The notes beneath the pieces were generated by a model. That model did no database searches and was not told the origin of the DNA. It saw nothing but the letters and a program-made list of their open reading frames with translations. Of a DNA stretch of 64,000 nt, positions 1 to 10,013 are shown in pieces (position 1 is the first letter of the stretch; each line of letters starts with the position of its first letter). The DNA is from Clostridiales bacterium (GTDB lineage: Bacteria; Bacillota; Desulfotomaculia; Desulfotomaculales; VENG01), in NCBI GenBank assembly GCA_016278505.1, contig JADQBQ010000002.1, positions 89,638 through 153,637 of the forward strand, read 5' to 3'. Made by a program: the position numbers and the translations under genes.

Positions 1-1380
1 GTTTTTCTTCGCCAAAGTACCTATTTTAGGTTTCTGGCTAATAATCAATCCCTTATCCACTTCATCGCTATATTCTTCATTTTTTTCGTCAGAAAGGCGT
101 AGACCATTTTCTATTAATAACGTCATCGCTTCTGCCTGACTCATTCCCCTTAAATCTGGCACTTCACGCATATCCGGCCCCTTGCTAACTGTTAACGCAA
201 TTAACCTATCCGGTTTTGCCGGTGGGTCATCCGGTCCAATGCTTTGACGAATAACAATTCCTTGGTCATATTGATCAGAGAACTCTTCACCCGCTACCTG
301 GCTCCTCAAGCTTTTATTCTCCAACATTTCTTGCGCCTCCCCCACCGGCAAACCGGTAACGTTCGGCACTTTGACATCAGGAGTGTTTAAATATTGATTC
401 CAGGCTAAAATAACTCCTGCCGTAAGCAACAAAAGAAACGCTGTAATTGTTCCTGCCCATAAGTATCTTCGACGGTTTCGGTTTTTCTTATTTCCACCGT
501 TTTTTCCTACAGCCGGAAGCACACGGGTATTCATATCGTCTGAATCTTCTTCACCATCGGACTCATTGTCCAGGGCTGCTTCCAAAGTCTGTGCCATATC
601 TTCCGCACTTGTAAAACGTTCCTCAACCCTTTTTTGGAGAGCCTTCCCCACCGCTAAAGAAATGGGCTTGGTTACCGCCGGAGAAATTTCCTTTAAGTCA
701 GGAGGATCCTCCTGCACATGTTTCATAGCTACACCTATTGGAGTGTCCCCTTCAAAGGGTAACTTACCGGAAAAGAGTTCAAAGGCCACTACCCCAAGAG
801 AATAGATATCCGAGCCTGTTCCCGCAACTTCCCCACGCGCCTGTTCAGGACTCAAGTAATGAACTGATCCCACTACAGTATCGGTGTATGTTAAGGTTGC
901 CGCAGAGGCTTCCCGGGCAATCCCAAAATCGGTTAATTTAGCTCTGCCGTCAGCAGTTATTAGTATATTATGTGGTTTTACATCCCGGTGAACAATATTA
1001 TTGTTATGTGCGTGCTGTAAAGCATCACAAATCTGCCTGATTATGGCCACAGCCCGCTTTGGTGAAATAGGGGCCTCATTGCGAATTACAGTTTTTAAGT
1101 TCCGGCCGTCCACAAATTCCATTACCAAATAATGGATTTCATCCTCTATCCCTACATCGTGAATATTAACTATGTTAGGATGGGATAACCGTGCCACGGC
1201 CTGCGCTTCCCTCCGAAAGCGGGCCACAAAGGCCTCGTCGCTGGCATATTCTGAACGCAGCACTTTGACCGTAACCATCCTATTCAGGAAGGTATCCCTG
1301 CCCTTATAAACAACGGCCATACCTCCCCCACCCAGCCGCTCCAGTAATTCATATCTATTTCCGAGTAATTTGCCGATCAT
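1..1380 (-). CDS. prkC: Ser/Thr protein kinase with extracellular PASTA repeats (PrkC/PknB type); C-terminus cut by window edge
   Basis: Not in the ORF track because it runs off the window. Manual minus-strand translation from ATG 1380..1378 gives MIGKLLGNRYELLERLGGGGMAVVYKGRD...NIVHRDVKPHNIL...LTDFGIAREA...YLSPEQARG (Hanks kinase motifs). A TM segment (WAGTITAFLLLLTAGVILAW) and two PASTA-like repeats follow. The frame is open down to nt 1. Confidence 0.9.
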   Translation of the reverse strand, partial: MIGKLLGNRYELLERLGGGGMAVVYKGRDTFLNRMVTVKVLRSEYASDEAFVARFRREAQAVARLSHPNIVNIHDVGIEDEIHYLVMEFVDGRNLKTVIRNEAPISPKRAVAIIRQICDALQHAHNNNIVHRDVKPHNILITADGRAKLTDFGIAREASAATLTYTDTVVGSVHYLSPEQARGEVAGTGSDIYSLGVVAFELFSGKLPFEGDTPIGVAMKHVQEDPPDLKEISPAVTKPISLAVGKALQKRVEERFTSAEDMAQTLEAALDNESDGEEDSDDMNTRVLPAVGKNGGNKKNRNRRRYLWAGTITAFLLLLTAGVILAWNQYLNTPDVKVPNVTGLPVGEAQEMLENKSLRSQVAGEEFSDQYDQGIVIRQSIGPDDPPAKPDRLIALTVSKGPDMREVPDLRGMSQAEAMTLLIENGLRLSDEKNEEYSDEVDKGLIISQKPKIGTLAKKN

Positions 1381-1406
1381 GGCCTTCACCTCTATGCCAG
1401 ACTCAT

Positions 1407-2789
1407 TTACATGTCTATTGCCCGGCTCATTATTTCCCTGGCTACAGGTGCTGCAACCGCTCCTCCACTGCCGCCGTTCTCAATTATTACCGCCACTGCC
1501 ACTTCCGGATCAGAAGCCGGGGCAAAACCGACAAACCATGCATGAGCCATGTCTGAATTTTCAGCGGTTCCGGTTTTCCCGGCCACTTCTATGCCTGATA
1601 TGCCTGCTCGCGTGCCCGATCCTTCCCTTACTACTGCAACCATATAATCTTTTATTGTTTCCGCCCTATCGGGATCGGTAACGTTTAGCCATTCTTCCGG
1701 CTTCGATTCCTGGATGGTTTCTCCTTTAGGGCTGATAATTCTTTTTACCAGAGTAGGACGCATTACCATTCCGTTGTTAGCTAACCCACAAGCCACAATA
1801 GCCATCTGCATGGGATTGGCCACAGCTTTCCCCTGTCCTATGGCGGTAAAGGCCAGTTGAGATTCACTCATGGAACCATTACCGCTAACCTCACCCGGAT
1901 AGTAATTTATTGGCAAATCGCAACCCCTGTTAAAACCATAAGCTTGTGCCGTTTTAATTAAGGCCCTCGATCCCAACTCCAGGCTAAAGGCTGCAAAGAC
2001 ACTGTTACATGAAACCTCCAATGCCTCCTTCAAATCAATTCTTCCGTGCACATCATTACATTTCAAGACAAACCCCTGACCACTTAGACTTCCCTTACAT
2101 TCGAAAACTCTGTTGGCAGCCCCTGGAATATTTTGCAGCACCGACGTCAACGTAACCAACTTAAATACAGAGCCGGGTGCATATACGCCTTGGGTCGCTC
2201 TGTTTAAAAGCGGTGAGCTGTTATCATTCTTAAGAGAAGGCATTTGAGTATCTATTTCATTAGGGTCAAACGTAGGGCTACTGGCCAAAGCCAGTATGTC
2301 TCCGGTCTTTGGTTCAATGGCAACCAGAGCGCCCCGTCTACCTCCCAACAACGATACCGCCAATTTTTGCAGCGAAGCATCAATAGTCAATTCTATACTG
2401 TTGCCCTCTGGCGGGTTAGACAATTCCAGATTACCCTCACCCAACAGAACAGAAGATAACCCTGCCTCGATACCGGTAAGGCCGTATTTAGTGGAACTAT
2501 AACCTATAATGTGCGCAAAATTATGTCCCATGGGGTACTGCCTCTTGTTTACACCTGCCGGTCCCGTAACTGTCTGAGCTAAAAGCTCTCCCCTTCTGTC
2601 ATATATACTTCCGACCTGCTTTTCCTGCATTTTCTTCAACAGACGCGGGTCATTAAGCCATGCAGCTTTTCCGTTTTTACTTTGAGATTGCACGTGTGAA
2701 ATATACAAAGGAATAAATCCTATATATATTACAAGAAATGCCAGGCACGCCAGCACTATATAAGCTAGATACCGAATATTTTTATGCAT
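1407..2789 (-). CDS. class B penicillin-binding protein (PBP2/PbpA-type transpeptidase)
   Basis: ORF 1407..2816 has an N-terminal membrane anchor and the transpeptidase motifs SVFK, SCN and KTGT. I placed the start at ATG 2789 (MHKNIRY), which overlaps the upstream stop as ATGCATAA. The track start at 2816 is also possible. Confidence 0.88.
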   Translation of the reverse strand: MHKNIRYLAYIVLACLAFLVIYIGFIPLYISHVQSQSKNGKAAWLNDPRLLKKMQEKQVGSIYDRRGELLAQTVTGPAGVNKRQYPMGHNFAHIIGYSSTKYGLTGIEAGLSSVLLGEGNLELSNPPEGNSIELTIDASLQKLAVSLLGGRRGALVAIEPKTGDILALASSPTFDPNEIDTQMPSLKNDNSSPLLNRATQGVYAPGSVFKLVTLTSVLQNIPGAANRVFECKGSLSGQGFVLKCNDVHGRIDLKEALEVSCNSVFAAFSLELGSRALIKTAQAYGFNRGCDLPINYYPGEVSGNGSMSESQLAFTAIGQGKAVANPMQMAIVACGLANNGMVMRPTLVKRIISPKGETIQESKPEEWLNVTDPDRAETIKDYMVAVVREGSGTRAGISGIEVAGKTGTAENSDMAHAWFVGFAPASDPEVAVAVIIENGGSGGAVAAPVAREIMSRAIDM

Positions 2790-4068
2790 GGAAATCACCT
2801 TTACAGTGCGAAACATTCATTAGAAGCCCCATTAAAATGAAGTTGGCCACCAAAGAACTGCCGCCATAACTAATATAAGGTAGCGTTATACCGGTAAGAG
2901 GCAAAAGTTTTATAACTCCGCCAATAATAATAAAAACCTGTAGCGCCATAACAACGGTAAGGCCGGTGGCCAACAGGGCGCCATAATCATCATGAGCCTT
3001 TAAAGCAATGCTGAATCCCCGAAAAAATAAAGCTATATACAAAAGTATTATTGCCGCACCACCTAACAGCCCCATCTCCTCACAGATAGCAGCAAAGATA
3101 AAATCGGTATGAACAGCCGGGATAAAACCGGGGTACCCTGCACCGAATCCGCTACCAATCATTCCTCCGGCATTGATGGCCAACAAAGACTGTACAATCT
3201 GGTATGATGAGCCTGTTATCAAACCCTGCTGCCAGGGATTAAGCCATATTTCAACCCGGGTATGAACATGGGAAAAGTTGAAGTATGCAATAATACCTGC
3301 CACTAAAAACAAGCTCAAAGATATTGCCATCCATTTCCAGCTATCAGTACTTACATATATCAAAACTAAAGAAGTAAAAAAATAAATAATTGCCATTCCT
3401 AAATCCCTTTGAATAATCAAAAGGGCAAGTGATATAACCCACACACCTAAAAGAGGACCCCATTGGCGTATCAGCCAATCGAAACGTTCCCACATCGAAC
3501 CGCTGGACTTCATAAGCAAATAGCGCTTTTCCGACAGATAAACAGCCAAGAACAAAACCAAAAAAAGCTTTACAAATTCTGAAGGCTGCAAATAGAAAAC
3601 TTTAAAATCTAACCAACTACGAGTCCCACCCACCTCTATGCCAAAAAACACCGGCGCTAAAAGGGCAAAAGCACAAACAGCTCCAACCATATATTTGTAC
3701 TTAGACCAAAAACGATAATGATGGTGCCAGGACGTTGTCAAAGACAGTACACAAAGCCCTACTATCATCCAAACCAATTGACGAAGGCCATAAAATGAAT
3801 CCAACCTTAACAGAAAAAGAATCCCGGTTGCTGTAAGCACCATTAACAACGGCAATAAAAATGGATCCGGATGGAAATTACGTTTACGCCACATCCAATG
3901 GACACCTAAAAAGCCACCGATGGTTGTTACAATTGCTAAAAAGCCTTGCCACGCCGGTGTACCCGGTAATAGGGAGACTAAAATACCACCTATCAACAGA
4001 TAGATACCGGCTGTAAATAACAAATGCAATTCAATTTCTTTTGGCTTACCACCCAAAAAGACCATCAT
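2782..4068 (-). CDS. SEDS-family peptidoglycan polymerase (FtsW/RodA/SpoVE family)
   Basis: 428-aa polytopic membrane protein with a typical FtsW/RodA C-terminal region (GITLPYISYGGSS). It overlaps the PP2C stop by 4 nt. Confidence 0.88.
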   Translation of the reverse strand: MMVFLGGKPKEIELHLLFTAGIYLLIGGILVSLLPGTPAWQGFLAIVTTIGGFLGVHWMWRKRNFHPDPFLLPLLMVLTATGILFLLRLDSFYGLRQLVWMIVGLCVLSLTTSWHHHYRFWSKYKYMVGAVCAFALLAPVFFGIEVGGTRSWLDFKVFYLQPSEFVKLFLVLFLAVYLSEKRYLLMKSSGSMWERFDWLIRQWGPLLGVWVISLALLIIQRDLGMAIIYFFTSLVLIYVSTDSWKWMAISLSLFLVAGIIAYFNFSHVHTRVEIWLNPWQQGLITGSSYQIVQSLLAINAGGMIGSGFGAGYPGFIPAVHTDFIFAAICEEMGLLGGAAIILLYIALFFRGFSIALKAHDDYGALLATGLTVVMALQVFIIIGGVIKLLPLTGITLPYISYGGSSLVANFILMGLLMNVSHCKGDFHA

Positions 4069-4784
4069 TTTTCCCCCGGAGCCACGATTACCAAAGTAAT
4101 ATTATCATTTCCACCGCGGGCCAGGGCCTCATCTAAAATGGTATTTGCCGCCGCCTCTGTCTTCTTGTCCTGCGTAATCTTTAATATTTCCTCGTCGGAC
4201 AAGTTCTTAGTAACCCCGTCACTACAAATGATAACCAAATCATCCGGGTCAAGATTGCACCGTATTAAGTCCACTTCAACCTGAGGAGACGTCCCCAGGG
4301 CTCTGGTAAGGACATTACGGTATGGGTGATTCATTGCCTCTCCCGTTGTAATTTTGTGCTGCTGAACCATTTCCTGTACCAGGGAATGGTCCTCGGTCAG
4401 CCTTGAAATATGAGCATTACGAATGAGATAACACCGACTGTCGCCCACATGAGCCACATTCATAATCATTTCATTGAGACAACAGACTGTTACTGTTGTG
4501 CCCATTCCATTATATTCCGCAACGCGGTGACCCAACTCGTATATCAAAGCATTAGCTTTTACTATTGCATCCCGTAATGCGCCACCAGGGTCATTTTCCC
4601 GGCATGGATTCGATGCAAAAGATTCCTCCAAGCATTCAATTGCCTTTTTACTTGCCACTTCACCGGCTTGATGTCCTCCCATGCCGTCAGCAACAGCAAA
4701 AAGGCCCAAATCAGGCCGTACGGACAAAAAATCCTCGTTAACACTGCGCACCAGCCCAACGTGTGTCACCTTGCTCCACTTCAT
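4065..4784 (-). CDS. prpC: PP2C-family Ser/Thr protein phosphatase (Stp/PrpC)
   Basis: Motifs VNEDF, ADGMGGH, CSDG and GGNDNITLV are present. A strong SD (GAGGTGGGGG) sits directly upstream of ATG 4784. Confidence 0.9.
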   Translation of the reverse strand: MKWSKVTHVGLVRSVNEDFLSVRPDLGLFAVADGMGGHQAGEVASKKAIECLEESFASNPCRENDPGGALRDAIVKANALIYELGHRVAEYNGMGTTVTVCCLNEMIMNVAHVGDSRCYLIRNAHISRLTEDHSLVQEMVQQHKITTGEAMNHPYRNVLTRALGTSPQVEVDLIRCNLDPDDLVIICSDGVTKNLSDEEILKITQDKKTEAAANTILDEALARGGNDNITLVIVAPGEK

Positions 4785-5223
4785 GCCCCCACCTCACAAA
4801 AACGAAAGTAACATTACCTATGGACAATTTATCTTCGTCAGCCAAAACCACAGGCCCGCTCAATTTTATATCATTTAGATAGATACCGTTTTTACTGTTA
4901 AGATCCTCTATCCAATACTGCCCGTGATTATTGTGTATTCGGGCATGGTGGCGTGAGGCCTTGGAATCGGCAATAACAATATCGTTGTCGTCATGCCGCC
5001 CTATATTTAAAGTGTCCCTCAACGGGTATATGCATGGCAATTCACCTTCATTTATTTTAACCAGTTGAGCTTCACTAATATTTTCTTTGGCTCCATCATG
5101 TAGATTTTGTGTTCTGTCCTGATTTTTTAAAAACCTAAACATTTGGGCCAGCGTATAAATTAAGAATAAATAAAGCACCAGCAAAAACAGGTAACGCAAA
5201 ATAATAACTAGCACATTCTGCAC
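4738..5223 (-). CDS. membrane-anchored FHA-domain protein (FhaB/FipA-like architecture)
   Basis: 161 aa with an N-terminal TM helix and a C-terminal FHA signature (GRHDDNDIVI..SRHHARI...IEDLNSKNGIYLN). It has a GTG start and overlaps the PP2C gene by 47 nt. Confidence 0.85.
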   Translation of the reverse strand: MQNVLVIILRYLFLLVLYLFLIYTLAQMFRFLKNQDRTQNLHDGAKENISEAQLVKINEGELPCIYPLRDTLNIGRHDDNDIVIADSKASRHHARIHNNHGQYWIEDLNSKNGIYLNDIKLSGPVVLADEDKLSIGNVTFVFVRWGHEVEQGDTRWAGAQC

Positions 5224-6302
5224 TATTCATACCTACTCTTTCTGCCAAGAACACGGCGCCGCAGCTGCCCGCAGGCAGCGTCAATGTCTGTACCAAGTTC
5301 CCTGCGGACTGTTACGTTTACCCCTTTGGCCTCAAGGATAGTTTTAAACCGTACAACTTTGGTCTTGGTGGTTCTTTCAATACCCCTCTCCGGTACCGGA
5401 TTAGCAGGTATCAAATTCACAAGGCACAACAGTTTCTTCAACTTCTCCGCCAGTTCCTGAGCCAATTCCTGTGTATCATTCAGATCAGCGATTAAGGCGT
5501 ATTCGAAAGTTATACGACGTCCGGTGACACCCGCATAATGTGCACATGCCGGCAATAGTTCCTGCAGTGAATACTTTTTATTAATGGGTACTAATAAGTT
5601 TCTTAAGCGATTATTAGGTGCGTGCAAGGAAACTGCCAACGTAATTGGCAGTTTTTCTTCGCTGAGACATTTAATTTGTGGAACCAGCCCGCAACTTGAT
5701 AAGGTGATGTGTCTATAACTTATATTTAATCCGTACTCAGCATTAATTTTTTTAATAAATGAGATTACATGATCATAATTGTCCAGTGGTTCTCCGGACC
5801 CCATTAAAACCACATTCCTTATTCTCATTCCCACATCTTTTTGCATTGCTAAAACCTGGTCGTAAATCTCACCCGAACTCAAATTACGTACCAGGCCTCC
5901 AAGACCTGAGGCGCACAGTTTGCACGCCATCCTGCAGCCTACTTGACTGGAAACACAGGCCGTAAAACCATGTCTGTATGACATCAGTACACCTTCAACG
6001 GCATTTCCGTCATGCAGCCCAAATAAATACTTCCGGGTACCATCCTGCTGGGAAACCTGCTTCTTTAAAACTGCGAGCCCACCTGCATGGCCAATTTTTT
6101 TTAAGCGAGTCCTCAGGGTTACAGGCAGGTCCGTCATCTCGTCTAAGGAATTAACGCCGTGCTGAAAGAGCCATTTGGCAACCTGCTTAGCCCTAAATTT
6201 TTTTTCGCCTATTTCAAACATCAACTTTTCCAGCTGCTCGAGATTCATATCTTTATAAGCAATCTCGTCACCGGGAATGGTAAATACTCTATTATCATCC
6301 AT
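5223..6302 (-). CDS. rlmN: 23S rRNA/tRNA adenine-C2 methyltransferase RlmN (radical SAM)
   Basis: Radical-SAM CX3CX2C motif (GCRMACKLCASG) and an RlmN-type N-terminus (FRAKQVAKWLF). Confidence 0.92.
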   Translation of the reverse strand: MDDNRVFTIPGDEIAYKDMNLEQLEKLMFEIGEKKFRAKQVAKWLFQHGVNSLDEMTDLPVTLRTRLKKIGHAGGLAVLKKQVSQQDGTRKYLFGLHDGNAVEGVLMSYRHGFTACVSSQVGCRMACKLCASGLGGLVRNLSSGEIYDQVLAMQKDVGMRIRNVVLMGSGEPLDNYDHVISFIKKINAEYGLNISYRHITLSSCGLVPQIKCLSEEKLPITLAVSLHAPNNRLRNLLVPINKKYSLQELLPACAHYAGVTGRRITFEYALIADLNDTQELAQELAEKLKKLLCLVNLIPANPVPERGIERTTKTKVVRFKTILEAKGVNVTVRRELGTDIDAACGQLRRRVLGRKSRYE

Positions 6303-6346
6303 AATTTACTATCCCCTATATATCAAATATTTCTACAAAAAAGAGT

Positions 6347-7699
6347 TCAATCCCTCTTTTTATGCAACCTGGCTATAAAAAAACCGTCAGTATGATGTTG
6401 GTGAGGTAATAATTGAACGTATCCTTTATTCAACTCGCCCAAATCCTGGGGGAGGTAACCTTCAAGTGAACCTAAATAAAAATTGTCGTGTGATGCTAAA
6501 AAACCTTTTACCAAATCAGTATTTTCCTCATGGGTAATGGTGCAAGTGCTGTATACCATCACGCCACCAGGCTTAAGACATTTTCCAGCTTCCTCCAACA
6601 GTTCCTGCTGCAGTATTACTATTTCTTTAATTTGTCCTTCATTTTTGCGCCAGCGCGCATCCGGCCGTCTTCGTAAAACCCCTAAACCGGAACAAGGAGC
6701 ATCCAACAAAACATAATCGGCCCAGTTGGCAAAATAGTCGGAAAGATCACGGGCATCTCCCAAATGGGTATTAACAATCGTTATTCCCAGGCGCCTGCAA
6801 TTATCTTTCACCAACTCTAATTTGTGGGCATGAATATCACAGGCCGCGATTTCGCCTTTGTCCCCCATAAGCTGGGCCAAGTGTGTGGTTTTACCGCCGG
6901 GTGCACTGGCCATATCAAGCACTTTAGTCCCCGGATCAGGGGCCAGGGCATGCCCAACAAGCATGGAACTTTCGTCCTGCACCTGCATCAGCCCGTCTTT
7001 AAACGCCTTCAGTTGTCCCAGTCCGTGTACATTCTCCAACATTAGGCCCTCCGGTGCGAGAATTGTAGGAGTCACATCCAGGCCCTCTGCTTTAAGTTGG
7101 TTGGTCAAGCCTTCCTTCGTTACTTTTAACGTATTTGTTCTTACTGTCGTTGGGGCCGAATTGTTATTTGCCTTGCAAATTTCCGTAGCTTCATCAAGGC
7201 CAAACATTTCCCCCCACCTCTGAACTATCCATTGGGGATGGGAATATTTTAAAGAAATATATTTTACAGCGTCTTGATTGGGATCAGGGAAATTAATATC
7301 ACCTTTTTTACGGGTCACATTACGCAAGACCCCATTGACAAACTTAACTGCCCCTGGATTTTCATACCGCCTGGACAGATTGGCTGATTCGTTGCATGCA
7401 GCAGAATCAGGAACTCTATCCATGTAAAGAATCTGGTAAATCCCCAACCGCAAAACGTTTCGGACCACCGGGGTTTGTTTTACTAGGGGTTTTTTAAGAA
7501 ACTGGTCCAATACCCAATCCAAACTATTAAGCGAACGCAAGGTACCGTATACTAATTCGGTTGTGAAAGCACGGTCCAGCCTCTTTGCATTTTCCCGCTC
7601 TAACAACGATCTTAAGGCTAGATTGGCATAGGCCCCCTGGCTTTCAACTGCCAGCAGTACCTGTAACGCCATTTCTCTGGCACTTAAATTATTGGACAA
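6347..7699 (-). CDS. rsmB: 16S rRNA m5C967 methyltransferase RsmB (Sun)
   Basis: NusB-like N-terminal domain plus SAM-MTase motifs DMASAPGGKT, DAPCSGLG and YSTCT. Confidence 0.92.
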   Translation of the reverse strand: MSNNLSAREMALQVLLAVESQGAYANLALRSLLERENAKRLDRAFTTELVYGTLRSLNSLDWVLDQFLKKPLVKQTPVVRNVLRLGIYQILYMDRVPDSAACNESANLSRRYENPGAVKFVNGVLRNVTRKKGDINFPDPNQDAVKYISLKYSHPQWIVQRWGEMFGLDEATEICKANNNSAPTTVRTNTLKVTKEGLTNQLKAEGLDVTPTILAPEGLMLENVHGLGQLKAFKDGLMQVQDESSMLVGHALAPDPGTKVLDMASAPGGKTTHLAQLMGDKGEIAACDIHAHKLELVKDNCRRLGITIVNTHLGDARDLSDYFANWADYVLLDAPCSGLGVLRRRPDARWRKNEGQIKEIVILQQELLEEAGKCLKPGGVMVYSTCTITHEENTDLVKGFLASHDNFYLGSLEGYLPQDLGELNKGYVQLLPHQHHTDGFFIARLHKKRD

Positions 7700-7713
7700 A
7701 AAAGCTCACCCCA

Positions 7714-8481
7714 CTACCGGACAAATTGTTGTATTGCACTTTCCACTGTAGGAACGTTCATGCAGGTGTTTACGCAAGGCCCGTGTGGCCTTATGTTCAT
7801 GACCCCCAACACTGGAATAGGGTTAGCATCCAGTATTCCAGAAGTAAGGTCACGCTCACAGGCAATGGCAACTATAGCCCGCGGCTTATACTCTTTTACA
7901 TACTTGCGGGCTAAGGTTCCACCGGTTGCCATACCAATGTTGACACCATACTCATCGCGTATCTTTAAAAGGTCATCAACATTACATTTCCCACAGCGGC
8001 GGCAATTTTCAATATCAGTTGTAATCTTATAAGGACATGAGCTTCGCTGAAGACAATGCGGGGCCAATATAAGTATACTTTCAGGTTTGAGCTTTATATG
8101 CATGGCTTCGATAAGCTGGTTGTTCACCTGCACAAAGGAGTTTCGAATGCGGTCCATATCAATACGGAAAACTTTTCCAACGCCTAGAACTAATGGGAAA
8201 AAAGTATTTAAGGCAATACGCATAGGCCCCTGCAGCCATTTAACGTTTTTTGACAGCCAAAGAGTAAGCAGTATGCCTGTCAGCCCAAATCCTACCAGAA
8301 CTACCGTCCCCACAAGGACCAATATAAGTACCAGCAGCACGAACTGGTAAGCTGCAGATTGTTGAGGACTGACAATTAGGTACCAAACCGCCAGAGCTAA
8401 ACCGCCGGCAGTCAACAGGCTGGCCGTCAAAAGCCCTATGAACAGCCTTTTTCTCTCGTTGACCTGAATTAGGCTACTCAT
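7714..8481 (-). CDS. DUF116-family Cys-rich membrane protein, function unknown
   Basis: Two or three N-terminal TM helices, then a Cys-rich domain (APHCLQRSSCPYK...CRRCGKC...IACERD) typical of DUF116. It overlaps the fmt stop by 4 nt. Confidence 0.75.
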   Translation of the reverse strand: MSSLIQVNERKRLFIGLLTASLLTAGGLALAVWYLIVSPQQSAAYQFVLLVLILVLVGTVVLVGFGLTGILLTLWLSKNVKWLQGPMRIALNTFFPLVLGVGKVFRIDMDRIRNSFVQVNNQLIEAMHIKLKPESILILAPHCLQRSSCPYKITTDIENCRRCGKCNVDDLLKIRDEYGVNIGMATGGTLARKYVKEYKPRAIVAIACERDLTSGILDANPIPVLGVMNIRPHGPCVNTCMNVPTVESAIQQFVR

Positions 8482-9434
8482 TCCATACCGTCCTCTCCTG
8501 TATCATTACCCAAAACTACACTCTGTACCGGGGAGTACCCTCTAAGGAATTGCGCAGCACCCATTCTTTTTCGCCCTTGAAGCTGCAATTCGGTTATTAA
8601 CACCTTCCCTTTTCCTGTCTCGACCACAATCCCTTTATCTGGGTCTGTATCCACCACCGTGCCAGGAGTGCTTGTCCCTTGTAAGTTACCGATATCCTCC
8701 ACCCTCCATATCTTAAGGACTTTTCCGTTAAGATATGTTCTGGCACCAGGCCAAGGATTCAAACCTCTGACCAAATTCTTAATCTCCCGGGCGGATTTAT
8801 TCCAATGTATTATTTCGTCATCCCGGCTTAATGGGGGGGCGTAAGTAGCATCTTCTCCATTTTGTGGTTCCCTTGCCACCTCACCGGCTTCCAGCCCGTA
8901 AAGTGTTTTGATCAGCAATCGGGCACCGCTTTGAGCCAGGCGGTCATGCAAGTCTCCCGTGGTCTCATTCTCACCTATGGATACAGTTTCCCGGAAGAGC
9001 ATATCACCGGTATCCAACCCGCTGTTCATAAACATAGTAGTAACCCCGGTCACTGTTTCGCCATTGATTATCGCTCGGTGAATAGGAGCAGAACCCCTGT
9101 ATTTAGGCAATAAGGAAGCATGAACATTAATGCATCCCAACGAGGGCAAAGCAAGTATTTCAGGACTTAAAATCTTGCCAAAGGCCACGACCACTATTAC
9201 CGTGGGATCTATCTCCTGCAAGCGGCTTTTTATCTCGGATAATTTTTGGGGCTGCCAAACCGGTAATCCCAGCAATTCGGAAAACTGCTTAACAGGTGTG
9301 GGCACTAATTTTTTGCCCCTCCCCCGCGGTCTATCAGGCTGTGTTACTACAGCTGCTATGTGATTTCCGCTCTCAGCCAGGGCGCTAAGAGACGGAATGG
9401 CAAAATCAGGGGAACCCATAAAAACTATTTTCAT
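8478..9434 (-). CDS. fmt: methionyl-tRNA formyltransferase
   Basis: MKIVFMGSPDFA start and the HASLLPKYRG motif. I chose the second ATG (9434) because of its spacing to GGAG. The track start is 9440. Confidence 0.92.
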   Translation of the reverse strand: MKIVFMGSPDFAIPSLSALAESGNHIAAVVTQPDRPRGRGKKLVPTPVKQFSELLGLPVWQPQKLSEIKSRLQEIDPTVIVVVAFGKILSPEILALPSLGCINVHASLLPKYRGSAPIHRAIINGETVTGVTTMFMNSGLDTGDMLFRETVSIGENETTGDLHDRLAQSGARLLIKTLYGLEAGEVAREPQNGEDATYAPPLSRDDEIIHWNKSAREIKNLVRGLNPWPGARTYLNGKVLKIWRVEDIGNLQGTSTPGTVVDTDPDKGIVVETGKGKVLITELQLQGRKRMGAAQFLRGYSPVQSVVLGNDTGEDGME

Positions 9435-9543
9435 GGCCATTTCTCCAATAACCTTTATTGTTATTCATTTCCTGAAACCTGCCGCGACAGTCATACCTGG
9501 TAAAATCTTCACCGGCAGGGTTTTGAATACCTTACGGTACTTA

Positions 9544-9996
9544 TCAATCTTTTCTCAGCTTAACCGCTTTGTCAATAAAGAGTATCCCATTGAGATGATC
9601 AATTTCGTGCTGAAAAGCCCGTGCTAAATACTCAACTGCATTATATTCAACTTCCTGGCCATTGCGGTCAAGTCCACGCACAGTTACTTTGGTAGGTCGC
9701 GGCACATCACCCACAACTCCGGGAATGCTTAGACAGCCCTCAGCCTCGGTTGCACTCCCTTCAACTTCTACAACTGTAGGGTTAATGAGTTCAATGAGAC
9801 CATTACCGACATCAATGGTAATTACACGCTTAGAAACGCCAATTTGCGGAGCCGCCAGGCCAACCCCTTTATACTCATACATGGTATCCTTCATATTATC
9901 CAATAGTTTAAATATACTACGGTCAATTTTTGTTACTTCTTTGGCATTTTTTCGAAGGATATCATCTTCCGCCTCTACTACTTTATATACCGCCAC
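9544..9996 (-). CDS. def: peptide deformylase
   Basis: The three PDF motifs are present: GVGLAAPQ, EGCLS and HEIDH. GTG start with an AGGAGTG RBS. Confidence 0.93.
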   Translation of the reverse strand: MAVYKVVEAEDDILRKNAKEVTKIDRSIFKLLDNMKDTMYEYKGVGLAAPQIGVSKRVITIDVGNGLIELINPTVVEVEGSATEAEGCLSIPGVVGDVPRPTKVTVRGLDRNGQEVEYNAVEYLARAFQHEIDHLNGILFIDKAVKLRKD

Positions 9997-10013
9997 CGTA
10001 ATTCACTCCTTAA

